Assembly: GCA_050084515.1 (NCBI GenBank)
Contig: CM114271.1
Coordinates: 6,758,001 to 6,822,000, forward strand
Direction: 5' to 3'
DNA from: Blasia pusilla
Lineage: Eukaryota
Length of the DNA: 64,000 nt
The translations under genes and the position numbers were made by a program. Shown here in pieces: positions 13,885-28,599 of this stretch. The notes beneath the pieces are model-generated. The model was not told where the DNA came from and ran no database searches. It saw nothing but the letters and a program-made list of their open reading frames with translations. Positions within the stretch are counted from its first letter, which is position 1. Each line of letters starts with the position of its first letter.

Positions 13885-14835
13885 GAAAATCCATGTCAAG
13901 CAGTTCAGGTCCATTGCCTGACCCAAGACATGACGTCGTGATGCCTCTGATCATGACGGTACTTCCATCACTCCTGTGGGGAATCCCATTGCTCGCTCTC
14001 GCTCATCGACGTTGGGCTCCACCAACCTCTGTACTTGGTCATCCCAAACCAAGCCAGGTCCGGCTTCCATGAATACAGAGGAAGCAGGAAAACTCACCAA
14101 TGTGGGAAAGGCTGCACATGGCCTACCATTCCTGTTGACCACACTCAACGGTGGTTGATCATCTAGCCTCACTGTCTGTGATCGACAGCCAGGATCCAAT
14201 ATAGAATCCACCAAAAAATTGGAGGGGCACTCCACTCTTGCATATGCCCTCCGTAACACCTTGTATGGTACCAAGTTGGTCCACCAAAGATGCGGGCGAT
14301 GTGCTCGTGAACCCACATTTTCCGCATCTAACAACATTGTCGGGCCGATCCATGCGCGCACCTGATGTGCAGTCGTCACCACGCGGGACCTTGAATTGCC
14401 CAAAATTGGCACATTCTCCGAAATGAATGTTGGAGAACGAGGCTGATGCTCCTATAAATGTTGCAAGATCCGCATCATCTCCCAAAACAACTTGGACCGA
14501 GTGCAACTAACCCGCTACCTCGTCTAGCACTCAACTGGCCCTGACAGAGCCAACCAACAATGACCAAGTCTATGGTCCCTACCCGCTCCAAGTCCTATGC
14601 CCCCAACAATGAAATGTCCCTCGGTAGGGAACTCTTGTAACCTTGAATGGCGGATGCAGACAACAAGTTGGGAAAACGGAGGCGTAACAACGCCACATGG
14701 TGAAGTGAAGTGAAGTGCGCCTCGAAACATCATCAATCTCCACATACAAGTACTATTGCACGCATACTCCAACGTGCAAAACAACAGCTAACCTAGTGCG
14801 GATCCCTCCAAAGAGATCAACCACCCAAATACTCT
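13885..14835 (-). pseudogene. DNMT3-like C5 DNA cytosine methyltransferase domain inside pol, disrupted, copy 1
   Basis: Motif I VDLFGGI, II YLYVEIDD, IV VIVGWLCQG, VI TFISENVP, VIII LDAENVGSRAHRPHLWWTNL, IX/X ERERAMGFPTG..RRHVLGQAMDLNCL, in canonical order across frameshifts. Confidence 0.85.
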
Positions 14836-15229
14836 TCTCTAGGATGCACCACACAATCGGGGTGGTGTCCAAATGGGTCATAGCAACACTCTTGCCTACT
14901 TGGGGTTCATGTGACCGGTCACACTATGGTGCAAGTGTCTCGCTCCACGGGGTCTGCGCATGCTTAGTGGCTAAGCGTCGAAGCTCCTCAATGGAGCCCC
15001 AAAGTGGCACCTCTCCTCCACAGACTAATGCGGCTACCATGACACTCCTCTCCATAGAAATGTCAGGAACGGGAGTATCCTCTGCATGGACATGTCCCTC
15101 AATCAAATCACTACGCCAAGTGATGGCATTGCTAAATGCTACTAAGGTCGCCATCTCTCTTGGCCGTCGCTCGATCACTGCATGTGTGAATCGTACACGT
15201 GATGAGCTAAGGTGCCCATCACCTGACTG

Positions 15230-17700
15230 CCATACTTGTCTGTAAGACGTTGACTCCTCCCAGTAATCCAAGGAAAACCCCATCGGATATGACACTTCTC
15301 CACCAACCAAGATGTCGTAGGACTCTACATCAATCACTATCACCTTGGCTTGCACCATGGACTCATCTGTAGGGATGTCCCGGGCGAATCCTCACCACAA
15401 CCTCTTGTCAGGTGATATACTATGTGGTACTAGCTCCACCCAAGGATGTCTGTATCCGGAATGGACAACGCTCCACATCGGCTCTCGTCAAGCCCAATCC
15501 TCTGAATGACGCTTTTCCCAACATCAGGGGTTACGCTCCTGAATCCAAATAGACGCGCTATGGACTAAAACCTCTACCTCCGGGACTCACCAACTGGAAG
15601 ACCTCTCCCCGGTTATCCAAGAACACAACACTAGGAGAAACCATGGCACGCTCTATCGCGGGTCTAGCAGGCATCTCCGCCATCCTAGCGACATGACCGC
15701 CATGAATCGCGTGGACGGCCCCCAAAGATTCGCCTCCAAGGGCAGGTCCATCACCTCCTCTACAATCACCTCTGAACGTGATGCAGAAACTCCAACTCCA
15801 CGCTCACATAGCATAGCGGCTAGCCAAAAAACCTCGGCGTACGTACCTCCCAACATCATAACATCGGAAGCATAAAATAAAGGAGCGCGGTACACAACGG
15901 TGGTCGCCCCCAACAACATGCTCGACACATGCCCCTCCTGAGCATCAACAATAGGAGTCGTCGCACTTGCTTCTCCCATTTCTCTCTGTGCCTTCACACC
16001 AACAACATCACCAACTCTCCAGGAAGTCTAATTAGGATCCATCGATGGGGTCCTCATCGCCTCGGACAAGGTAAAAGACTGAGGAAGCCTAGTCTGTTTC
16101 TTGGCTTCCCCTCGCTATGGATCCAACTCTGCGGCTCCACGTCACAACTGCGGCAGCCTCCATCTAGGCAACCCTGCACATCCAACCAAGATCCTCCATA
16201 TTTTTGGCTGCTCCATATGATGTCGATACCACGGATCTGGCATCGGTCAATCTCAATGCCATAGCGGAAATCTGCTCTTGTAGTTGATGTTTCTGAGCAG
16301 CCATCCTAGCCTCACGCTCGACGTCTCCCTTGACACGTCTAGGTGGTGGAACTCTACCTCCACGTGCAGCTCCACCACCCTGTCGGACAACTCTAGCTTC
16401 TCGTCCCCCAACGGGACCACCTGGTGCACGATCTCTAGGCCCACCCGGACCGGCTACTCGCTCTTGTGCCCTCTGTGGCCCTCGGTCCGGACGTAACTCA
16501 TTATGTAAACTGAAACACCTGGCGAGTGTATGAATATATGTCTGACAATAATCACATTGATAACCTCCTGGTATAGCACCATCTCCTTCTCCATGGTGAG
16601 GCACACGTCCATGACCCTGACGAGTGCAATCACGCTGATGATGAGCTCCACCACATGACCAACAAGTAGTCGTAGGCAGCTGCTACTGAGCCGCATATGA
16701 AGGCACAGGTCTTTGTGGCATGGCCTCCCGATATCCTCCCTGAGCTCTTGGTGCCACAGTCGACCTATCTCGGAGTCCACGTTGCTGCACAGGTGGTGCA
16801 GACAATCGTGACTGCTCTCGCCTAGAACCCATGGTGGCTACGCTCTCCTCCGCCATGTTGCGCTCAATGTTCTTGGCAGTTCTAAAAACATCTCTCAATA
16901 TAGGGGAGGTGTTCATAAGAAGCACCCCCTCCCGCACACGTGTCCGCAGGGTCCGGTCCAGCATCGCGTACCATGATTGGATAGCCTGAGCCTCTATCAC
17001 CCCTTGAGTGACGTTCATCAACCGATGCAAGCGAGTGTAAGCCTCACGCAAACTCTCACCTGGGCGCCTCTGAAAGTCATGGATGCTCTGCAACTTCTCC
17101 GTCTGTACCCCCTGGTAGCTCGCCATCAACTCAGTGAAGAACTCAACCAAGGGGTTGAACCAGGGACAAACCCGACTAGACCGTGCAACTGCTCCAGTGT
17201 GAGTGACCCCTCCTAAAACATCACTAGTGGAAGAGGAAGTAGCCTCTTTTGACTCCTCCTCCTCATCTGGGAACGGCTCCGTCCATGACACATAGTGTGG
17301 GTTATAGTAGAGTCACCATGTCTCAATCTCCTGGGCATATCTATGGGAGAACTCATGATAATCGTCCATGGGCGGCCCCTCTAAATGCTCAAACATATCG
17401 TTCCATGCTGTATACGGGTTGAACTCTCTAGAGTTCCTAGCCCGCTGTGAGTCACACCAACTCCTAAACTCCGCAATGAAGTTGTGTAGCTCTATAGTGC
17501 CAATAGCACCCAAAAATCTACGCGATCCTCTACCCCGGTCGTCCATCTCGTACGCCCAACTGGTAGGACCACTCAATGTGTACGGTGGATCACTTACACA
17601 CTCCTCTATACGCTCACTCTCGTCTGAAGATGACACAAAAGGAGATAGAGGTGGTCTCTAACGTGGAGACCCTCGAAACCTTGCACCACTCCGGGTAAAC
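15230..17700 (-). pseudogene. Gag (two CCHC knuckles) and aspartic protease, disrupted, copy 1
   Basis: Gag-like FQRRPGESLREAYTRL (16683-17291); knuckles CWSCGGAHHQRDC (~16625-16665) and CDYCQTYIHTLARC; protease LDSGA..YDILVGG (intact as RILLDSGAQ in copy 2). Confidence 0.8.
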
Positions 17701-19302
17701 CCTCCAAAGCTACTCTCAGGTCCACTACCTCGCCTCTCAAAATCCCGGAAGGACGCCGTGATGGCCCTCGTGTCCTTCTCACATGATCACTCTCAATCTC
17801 GTGAGATATCCCTCAATCACTCAAACTAAACATGCGGCACTCAATCTACACTCTCTCATTGAGACGTGTGTTGTGCGGCAACAAGCAGCGTGGTGCGGCA
17901 AAACAACCAATCTATCGTCTCATCGACAAACCATCCTCAACTCTGGACATCCCACACAGGTCTATGTCCCCTAACCCATACATCATCGATGCTCCTAGCA
18001 TTAGCACGAAACCCAATATCCCAAATAATTTCCCAATATCTGGAAATCCCTCACACGTGCAGGGTAAGAGACCAAAATGGGTAACGTGACAATCATATGG
18101 ATGTCGCTCCTCGGCAACTGCAAATCTCGACTCCAACTCGGTCGTGAAGACAACTCCTCCAATCAGAAAGTCACACTCCTCTCGTACTGACGCTGCTCAA
18201 ACCTCCTCGATGTGCGGTGCAGGTCCAGTGGTCCGGTGCGGCACTGGCGGCATGGAACAGCTACAAACAGCACGGCACTCGGGAATGGGGTGTGGCACTC
18301 AGCGGCATATCCTCCTCAATCAGAAATTCACACGCTCTACTCCTTAGTGAAGGAGTGGCTCCGCGATCAAGATGGTACGGTGCGGCCACGAGCGGCACGG
18401 CGCGGCAATTGGCGGCGCGTTGCGGTTACAGGCGTCACAGCACGATACTCGATTGTCGTCGAGCAGCTACCAATCACAACATAGCAGCATGAAATGAAAA
18501 CTCAAAAACCATAACCCTGGATCACCTGCCATCATAGGTTGATGACGAAACTACGATGAAGGTGGCGGCCAAACCAAAGTACGTGGTGGCGGCGCAAGTC
18601 AAGGAATCACCTGTGGTCGTGGAAAACCCTCCACTTCGTAATGGTGGCAATGGCAACCAAAAGGTGGACAACAGACGAAGGCGGCTAGGCGGCGGCGGCC
18701 GACGGTGGACGATGGACCATTGATGGTTGATTGTTGATGGTGATGGCCGAGCGTTGACGGTGACGGTTGACCATTGACCGTTGATGGTGTCTATGACGGC
18801 GACAGCCACCGCCGGCGCGGCGGCTGGTTTAGGGTTTGAACAATTTAACCCTAAAAATCGCCTAGCAATGGCAGTTTTGCAAGATTGACTATAACTTTTT
18901 GCTCCCAACTCCAAATTGTGCATTTTTTGTTGCAAACCTGCATAGCTTCATGATCTACAACATTGTTAAAAAATAATTGGAATTCAACATTCCAGTAACA
19001 ACTGACAAGGATTGTTGTAAAGCCCAATGTCTCTTTCTCCTGCATAAAATTCGGTAGCGCTTCCGTGTTGATTTCTCCCAACAAAAATGTAAAACATGTG
19101 AGAACACAAATCAGCAAGCTACATGGTGCTCCCAAGAGTACCGGCATGGGGTAACCTACCCCCATACTCAATCCCTATAAAAAATTGGGCAGCGCTTCCG
19201 CGCGCCACTCTTCCACACAAAAAATCAGAAAAGGAAACATCACAAGTAAGCGGCTCTTGCTCCGGTGAGCACTCCCATGAACCATTGAATGGGGAATACG
19301 AT

Positions 19303-19932
19303 TGTCACGTCTTTTAGGATAGATTGGTGAGATCTAGTAGAGTACCTTTGTGAGTAGTGGAGGACAAGCTCGGTAGGTCAAGGATGACCTACTGAGGCCC
19401 CGGGAAACTTGAGAGAGTATGTTTCCCCTTCGTTTCGGCTCATTTGGAGCCATCTTGAGGAACTTACTATTTTAGGTAAGTACCATTTTGAGTAAATGAT
19501 CAACTTTCTATTTTTGTTTAGTGGTCCTTGATCTCCTACATCAGGTCAAGAGCCAAGGAGGTGACTTGGGAGCATAGGTTTACCATGGAGAGAGCTTGGG
19601 AGAGGGGAAGGGTATACCTCAAGGAGAGAGAGTTTGAGAGCTTATGCTCTCTTTGTTGAACCTCTTGGCATGAGGCGGCGGAGTTATGGTCTTGCTTGCC
19701 TTGTGTGTGTAACATAAGCCTCTCATTAGGAGATTGGGTTTGGTTTGACATTGAGAGGGACATGTGAGAACTATGGTGTTGGGAGAGAGATTGGATCTTA
19801 TTTTATTGGAAATATTTTGGTACTTCTTGTCTCGTTGTTTGGATGCCATAAGTTAGCATGGGATCGTGTGTGTTTGTGTGTGTGTTCGATGACAGCGATA
19901 TATGTTGTGTAGCGATGTGTATACGCACGACA
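19303..19932 (+). repeat. A+B terminal unit (A 19303-19804, B 19805-19932), TG...CA
   Basis: Reverse-complement homolog of 10039-10681; followed by the TSD TATA. Confidence 0.9.
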
Positions 19933-20949
19933 TATATCTTCCCATCATTAATGATCCCACATAAGATCATGAGTCAAAGCTATATATATCTGGTACAAAC
20001 CAACACCCATAAGTAAGCATATCAAAAGGCAATGTGAAACACAACATATACCATATTCTTGTGTGGAGTAAACTATTTACTCTTCCTCAATTACCTCTAC
20101 AACTGTCCTCTAATAAGAGAGTATGTGCATGATGAGCAAAGAAATGCATCTGACGAGAAGATAATCCCTTTTATAACACTCTCCTTGAGTCTTGTAGACA
20201 AAAGTGGAACCACAATATGTGTGGCATACAATAAGCCAAACACAAAAGGGAATGGTGATATATATATATATATATCTCCAATAAAATACTTATTTTAGGA
20301 GGTCATATTAATTTTATATATATATATAGCAAGTTAATTTGACCTCCAAAAATAAGTATTACAAAAGATCTTATTAGACATCAACAAAATCTCACCCCTC
20401 TCATTAAAGTTATGATATTTTCTTCTGAAAAAGACAAATGTCATCCAAAGGTTAAATTGAGTTTTTCAATTTCTATTAGATTGTTCTCCAATAACAATGC
20501 TCTCGAAGTTATTGAATAATAGGTCAAAAATAAATTATCCATACTTAGGAGTCCCAAGGGTTCAATTTCAAGTTTCAAATCCCTAAAAAGCGATATTTTC
20601 ATATTTTCAATGCCATATTTTAATCAATATCAAATATAACGTGAGAGAAATTGAACCCAAAGAACTATGCTATAGGGAAGAATAAATATCACCAAATTTT
20701 TTATAAGTCCATAATTTTGGGATGTTTCTATGGGCGATGGACTCAAGCCTATAGAAGACTCCATTGACCTTAAAATAAAGTGTCGAACAAAAGAGCAAGG
20801 TGGATAATCCATTACATATTGATAACTATAAATGCATCCATAATAAATATATCCACTTTATTATAAAATAGACCTCAAAAGAGGACAAAGAAAGGTAATA
20901 AAAACTCAAAAGAGGAGTCAAAAAATGCATTAAAAATACAAAAAGAAAA

Positions 20950-23380
20950 TGGCAACAAGCCAACGCAAACACCGGCTCAACAAGCTACACGATTGATAGC
21001 CAGAAACAAATCTGACAAGAACCCGAGTGGTTGGTTAGACGTGAATGGACGAAGAGGCGAGCGACCCCCACCACCTCCGCACGATGCATCAATGCCAAGG
21101 CTTGTGCACGTTGTAAGGTCACTGAGATACATTACCGAAAATAAGTAGTAACTACTGAGAGAGAAGGACTACGGGAAGGGGCAAGGTGATGATTCTCGAG
21201 GGAGTGGTGAGCACATGTTTTCAGGAAAGTATCAAAAGACATATGTAAATGACCGAATACTTCCACTACAAAAGGAATAAATCCATCAGTCGCATGTCTC
21301 ACAACATAACTTAACTCCTTGATTCTTGCTGTAGCTTCGGCCGCCAAACCTTTGGTATGTCCGTCTCGATACACCAAGTCAGAACGTGTTGGATCAGCAA
21401 CCACCACATCACCTAGTGTCCGAAATCCACCTTGAGACATGACAAGATCCACTCTCCGACGAGAGGTTGCTTGTGTGGTTGAAGGTAGGACATGGAGTTG
21501 CTCTTGCCCAACGGTGTATCCTGCAGTACGAGCCACCGATGCTATTGCCTCTCTAATGACATCATGTGTGGCCGTTTGTTCTCCACCATGTGCACATCGG
21601 AGAATATGGATATCCTTGGCATCAATGGGATCCCCGCATACACAATTCGGCACACCTAAGAGAGAAGGATGGGGAAGTCCAAAACGTAACCGCAAAGCTC
21701 TCGAGAATATACTTCAAGGAAGACAAAATGGAAGGATAAGAGGATTTGCAGTAAGGCACGCCCCCGCTCTGGTACTCGCACATGAACGTAGACGAGCTTG
21801 ATTAGCGTCAGAGGATGCCTCGGAGAGAATGCTGGAAAAGTTGATTTGATGCAGATTCTTGGAGATATGCTCTTGAAGTCGATCAAGCCCTTTGGTAATC
21901 AGTTGACTGAAAGGGGGTAGAATTGCTTGTGTAGCAAGAGGAAGAAGAGCTCATGCAGATCTCACTTGTTGTTGAAATAACAAGTCCCCCTCCTCTACAT
22001 GGGCGATATGATCCATCAAGATAGGTGTATATCCTTGGAGAAACCTTGAAACCATAATCGGTGCTACGAGAGCAGATGCGACTGTGGAGGATAGTCCCAC
22101 CCCTCCAAAAGAAATAGGCAAGATAGCTTGTCGTGAAACAAATACACCATCCTCTCCCTCAAGGTATTCGGGCCAAGAAGTTGACCAAAAGTTGCCAAGA
22201 TAGAAGCATTAAAAGAGGCCAACCGATGTAAGAACCTTGAAGTGGGAGGACAAGTGAGAAGAAGGTAGGAAGGACATCGTAGAAAATATTGGGAGAGAAT
22301 CCCATAAGCCACTTGGGGATCCCCTATATGAGGTAACAAATGAAGCCATTCCACGTCTTTCAAAAGGGCCTCATCCAAGAACTTTGAGACATAGTCGATG
22401 AAGCCAATTGGGACCCCAAGAACTCTAACCCCTTCAATGTAGATGGGAAAATCAGGAGTAGGTGGGATGAATGTTGAGGGAAGGCATGAAGGAGACCATA
22501 CTCCACATTTACTAGGTTGGACTTTAAGGTTTAAGAAAGAGAGTTGCTCCACAAAATGGGTATAAGCAGGAACCACTTCAGAAGGAGGACCTATAATGTG
22601 AGTGTCATCAGCAATACAAGGGAAAAGACAAGATGGAAATGCTTGCGATGATGCTCGAAGGGCACGAAAATAGGCAATGGCAAAGAGTGGGCCACCCATG
22701 GGATCACCTTGATGTGTGCCACAAGCCGATTGTAGAATACTATATTCCCCAGAAGTAGCATGATGGGAATAGATAATGGGCCTATCATAGGCATAGAAGG
22801 AGCAAACAAATGGAATGAGGCTCGCGAGTTGTCCTCCTGCACAACGTAACTCCTCAAAGATGGTTGCACGAGAAACTGAATTGAATGCGTTAGCCACAAC
22901 CACTTGAATTGCTACCCAATCTGGATGAATATCAAGAGTGGAGCGAATCCCATGTATCACAGCCTCACAACCTCCAAGAGTTGCCACTCCAAATTGATGA
23001 GGAAATAAGTGGGCACTAAAGTGAGGAAGAAATTGCAAGCATAGGGATCAACTTACCAAGCGGTACAAAACCTCTCCAATAACCAAAGGGCGCACACCTG
23101 AAGGAGGCTTATCCATACCCAACAAACGACAAGCTCCTAAAAGCCTAGAGATAGAGAATGGGAGACGACATGCCGCCATATGTTCACACACCTTATATAG
23201 AGAGAGATAAGCCACTTGCTGAATCTGTTGGGATAAAGCAATCGCGGAGATGCTCAAAAACCATCCCTGATAGTCCGCTTGCTGACAAGCGAGGAGTATG
23301 CAGAAAAGCCCTTGTGAAAACCTCCAAGTCAAGCTCCAAGTCAAGGTCTGTTGTATAGTCTTCCACAAAAGGTTACATTC
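20950..23380 (-). mobile_element. CRE-clade-like non-LTR retrotransposon (RT + restriction-like endonuclease), 5'-truncated, disrupted
   Basis: RT motifs RPLVIGE, HQFGVATLGGCEA, NAFNSVSR, QGDPMGGPLF, IADD. C-terminal CVC..HILRC..THD..RRVDL..DVVVADP..K..FIPFVVE (zinc knuckle + PD-(D/E)xK-type RLE). Confidence 0.85.
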
Positions 23381-26165
23381 TAAAGTTATCGAAACCCAAG
23401 AAAGCATGTGATGCACTAACCTAAAATATTTGCTGTAAAGGTAGGAAGTTGTTGTTGAAGCAACAATTAAATAAACTAATAATAACTTTAGTATGGGGAG
23501 AAAGTTTTCGTGCTTAAGTCTATTTCAAATAAACTCAAATCTTCCCAACCTTCACAAAATGTTCCAAGTCTCTCCCGGATTCATTATCTTTTCCTATTTA
23601 TTAGGTCAAAAATAGAGTTTACATTTTCAAATTTCAGGTTTAGTTAAGGGAGAAATTTTTATACTTTTTTTCAAGACACTCATAAATGAGGATAAGAAGA
23701 AGGTGGGACAAGAATTATTCTTCAAACTGATAAAGTGATCCAATTTTCTCCATTCTTTTTTATTTTCAAGCTTGGTTAGGAGGTAAATTGAAATTGGGAA
23801 GAAAAAAGTTTGACCAAAGCGAGCCATTTTGCAATTCTTATTTGAGAGATGGGGGTTGGAAAAGGAAACCATACCCTTTTTTTTCAACATTACTAAGGGA
23901 AAATATAAGGAAATAAATTAGGGTGAAATAAGAATCTCATTATCATCAATATTCAAGTAAAAATATTATTCTATTATTTTTTTTGCCATTGGATGCTAAG
24001 TGCTAAAATTCAAGTTTTGTATAATGATTACACACTAGTAATTTGTTGATGTGCAATGCCCCAAATTAAACACATGGGGAAAAAAAAGTGTCGAGATATC
24101 AAAAATGATAATATGAAGTGACTCTAAATGCACTTAACTTATAAATTTTAATATCCAAACAATGAAAAAAAATTTACAGATTAATGTTTGAGTATAAATG
24201 TAATCTATTTTTTAAACATTTTTCCCTTAATAATTAGGGATAAAATAATTTATTTTTTCTTTTCCCATATCCATCTTTCCATCCATTAAAAAATAAATTC
24301 GTTAAATTTTATTTTTAAATAATATTTTAGTTTAATTTTTTTTCCCAATAAATTTTGAGAATTAAACTTTAAATTAAAAATAAATTCCATCATTTGAAAT
24401 AAAACTTTTTGGCCTACCATGTTTTCAATTATCTAATTTTCTTTCCAACCTCTTCTTATGTACAACCATGGCGAAGTACCTTGAATCATGATTATTCCAA
24501 ATATATATATAAATCACCAATCATATAAATAAATAAATGAAAATCTACATATACTATTGAAAATCTTAATCCTCTTCATAATTCTTTGAAAATTAAAATT
24601 TCCGGTAATATTTTCTACATTGATTTTGAAACGAATTAATTCAAATTTTAAAATGAGATAATAATTTAGAATACTTCATGAAAATTAGGAAATTTTATAA
24701 AAATATGAAAATCACTCTGTTATGATTAATTAAATTACCAATTTCTTTCAAAAAAATAAATTTTGATGGTATATTTTATTTTATATTTTTAAATCAAGAA
24801 AGTAAACAAGTAATAAAAGATTTGTATACATTTTATGGAGATTTAAACATATTTAAAAAGTAAGAAAGTAAATAAATAAAAACTACTTGCCAAAATATTC
24901 TCCTCATTCTGTGTCTATTTTTAAATTGTTAAAAAATCTAATTTTTTTAGTTACTCACATTTTAAGTGGCGTTCATAAGCAAAGAAATTGTTTGACGTTC
25001 ATTTTGACAACCACGGCATAAAAGGTGTAATACTTAATTTCTTACGTGCATGCTTTTTTATATTTGTCTGTAAATCTTCTTGTCTTCTTCTATCAATTGT
25101 ATAAAAAGGACTATCTTTTTTTTTGCAAATACTTCTATGCTTAACGTGGCAAGGCATAAACAAATATCACATACTATGGGCAGCAAAAAAAATTTTGATT
25201 TTATATACATCATTAATTTCTTCCTTTCACGATCTGTATACTAAATTTTCAAACTTTCTTTTTCATGTAAAAATATATTCCATATCACATGCACTAATTC
25301 ACTCATTCTTCAAACATTTTTTTTAAACGCGAACAACCTTCTCTATTTTCAAGAAGAATGCCTACTTGATTTTCAATCATATTTATACTGGGTTAAGAAA
25401 TATATTTCATATGATATAAAATAAAAAATTGAGTTTATTTGCAACATATATTCAACTTACATTAAAAAACTAGCTTTTCAAACCTTTTCTATTAGACATA
25501 TTATGTAGATGTTTTATCATTACTTCCCATTAAAATTTCTAGTGTATTAACAAATTGCCACAGCCTATCGTTTTAACGAAACCGGATTTAATCATCTTCT
25601 ATCGGCGTCATGTGATGATTGTAGTGTATAAAGGAAGCCTATGATGAAAGGAAGAGTGCATTGGTTTCTTTTTGGCGATTAGAATACTTTTCTAAAAGAG
25701 CCTTTCTATTTCTATCCTTCTTCATCCTCACTATCATCATCTCCATTACAGCATATCCAAAAACATCTCTCCTATTCAACTAGATCGAATAGAGAAGTTC
25801 TGGATGAAATACTTCAGTGATTTCGACCATTCAAATTAGACAATACTCGTGAACGCTACAGAAGATTAGTGGCCGTGTTTGAAGGCGGTGGGTGTCTGTT
25901 CCTTTGCTCAAATTCAGCCATGAAGCGAGGTAGACGATACTGAGTGCATATGGAAGGTCGCATTTCACTATAAAATGTGGGCAGATCAGACATACGTGAT
26001 GCTCGCAGATCCTTCGCGGTAATAATATCAAATGGAAAGAGAAGGGCCAGTCCTCTCGTCCGTGGAACACCCTTCAAGCCGACAGGACGCATGGAGGCGA
26101 AACGCGAGTAATAACCAAAACATTCCTACTACGTAATCTAGGCGTATGAAAGTAGCTTGACGTGC

Positions 26166-27946
<1,781 letters not shown>

Positions 27947-28067
27947 TCAAAGTGCAATGGCTAGGAACCAGCAGGCGACAGAACAGGAGAGAGGAGAAGC
28001 TTCAAGGAAGACGTTTGCAAAGACGTCCCCGAGAAGTGAGAATGACACTCGGAATGGCTCCGCGAGA

Positions 28068-28078
28068 GGTATATAAGC
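28068..28078 (-). promoter_or_regulatory. Candidate TATA box of the alpha-tubulin gene
   Basis: CTTATATACC on the minus strand, ~150 bp upstream of the ATG in a GC-rich proximal region. Confidence 0.55.
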
Positions 28079-28308
28079 TTGGCCCGGCTGTGGCTATGGC
28101 GGCCACCGGGTGGATCCTTGGCGGGAGCCCGATGAAACGCCCGGTCCTTCCTCCTGGCAGGGCGTCTTCCCGGCCCAGTAACTGGTAGCCTGATCCACGT
28201 CCCTCCTCTCCAGCCGGCCTGTTTTACCTCACTCACCCGCGATTCCGAAAGCCTTGTAACGTGAAAGACGTTGCGATACCGTCACGGCCGGCGGGCTCTC
28301 TGTCGACA

Positions 28309-28320
28309 CACCACGTGGTG
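28309..28320. promoter_or_regulatory. Palindromic G-box (CACCACGTGGTG) upstream of alpha-tubulin
   Basis: Perfect 12-bp palindrome with CACGTG core, ~390 bp upstream of the ATG. Confidence 0.4.
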
Positions 28321-28599
28321 ATAGATCCTAGCCATCAACTCACAAATGCTGAACGGCCAGATCGACCGCACTAGCTGTTCATGTTTTGGGGTTGGGTTAG
28401 TCAGTCACATGGAAAACACCTCTTCCGAGTACGTACGTACGTACATATGGATTTTCAAATTACTATGGCCGCCCCGAATGTGTTTCGAGCGAATATAAAC
28501 ATTAATAGAAATTTGGATGGAAAATCCATCGGGATACAAAGGAGGGGGGCATAGAGAGCCAATAAACCCGCGGGCCAAAACCGGCCCCAAAGAAATAAA

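Larger units (their letters stand above)
9441..19932 (-). mobile_element. Ty3/gypsy-type retroelement copy 1 (DNMT- and PHD-bearing, split direct repeats, internally inverted)
   Basis: Starts TGTCACG (9441), ends CACGACA (19932), 4-bp TSD TATA (9437-9440 / 19933-19936). Internal gag-PR-MTase-RT-RH-INT-PHD on the minus strand; collinear with copy 2. Confidence 0.9.

Noticed and set aside
9441-19932. Classification as a DIRS element with inverted terminal repeats
   Set aside because: It encodes a DDE integrase, has TG..CA ends and a 4-bp TSD, and no tyrosine recombinase is visible. The inverted repeats result from an internal inversion absent from copy 2.
23450-25500. Very AT-rich tract downstream of tubulin
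   Set aside because: No periodicity, termini or credible ORF recognised; treated as ordinary intergenic DNA.
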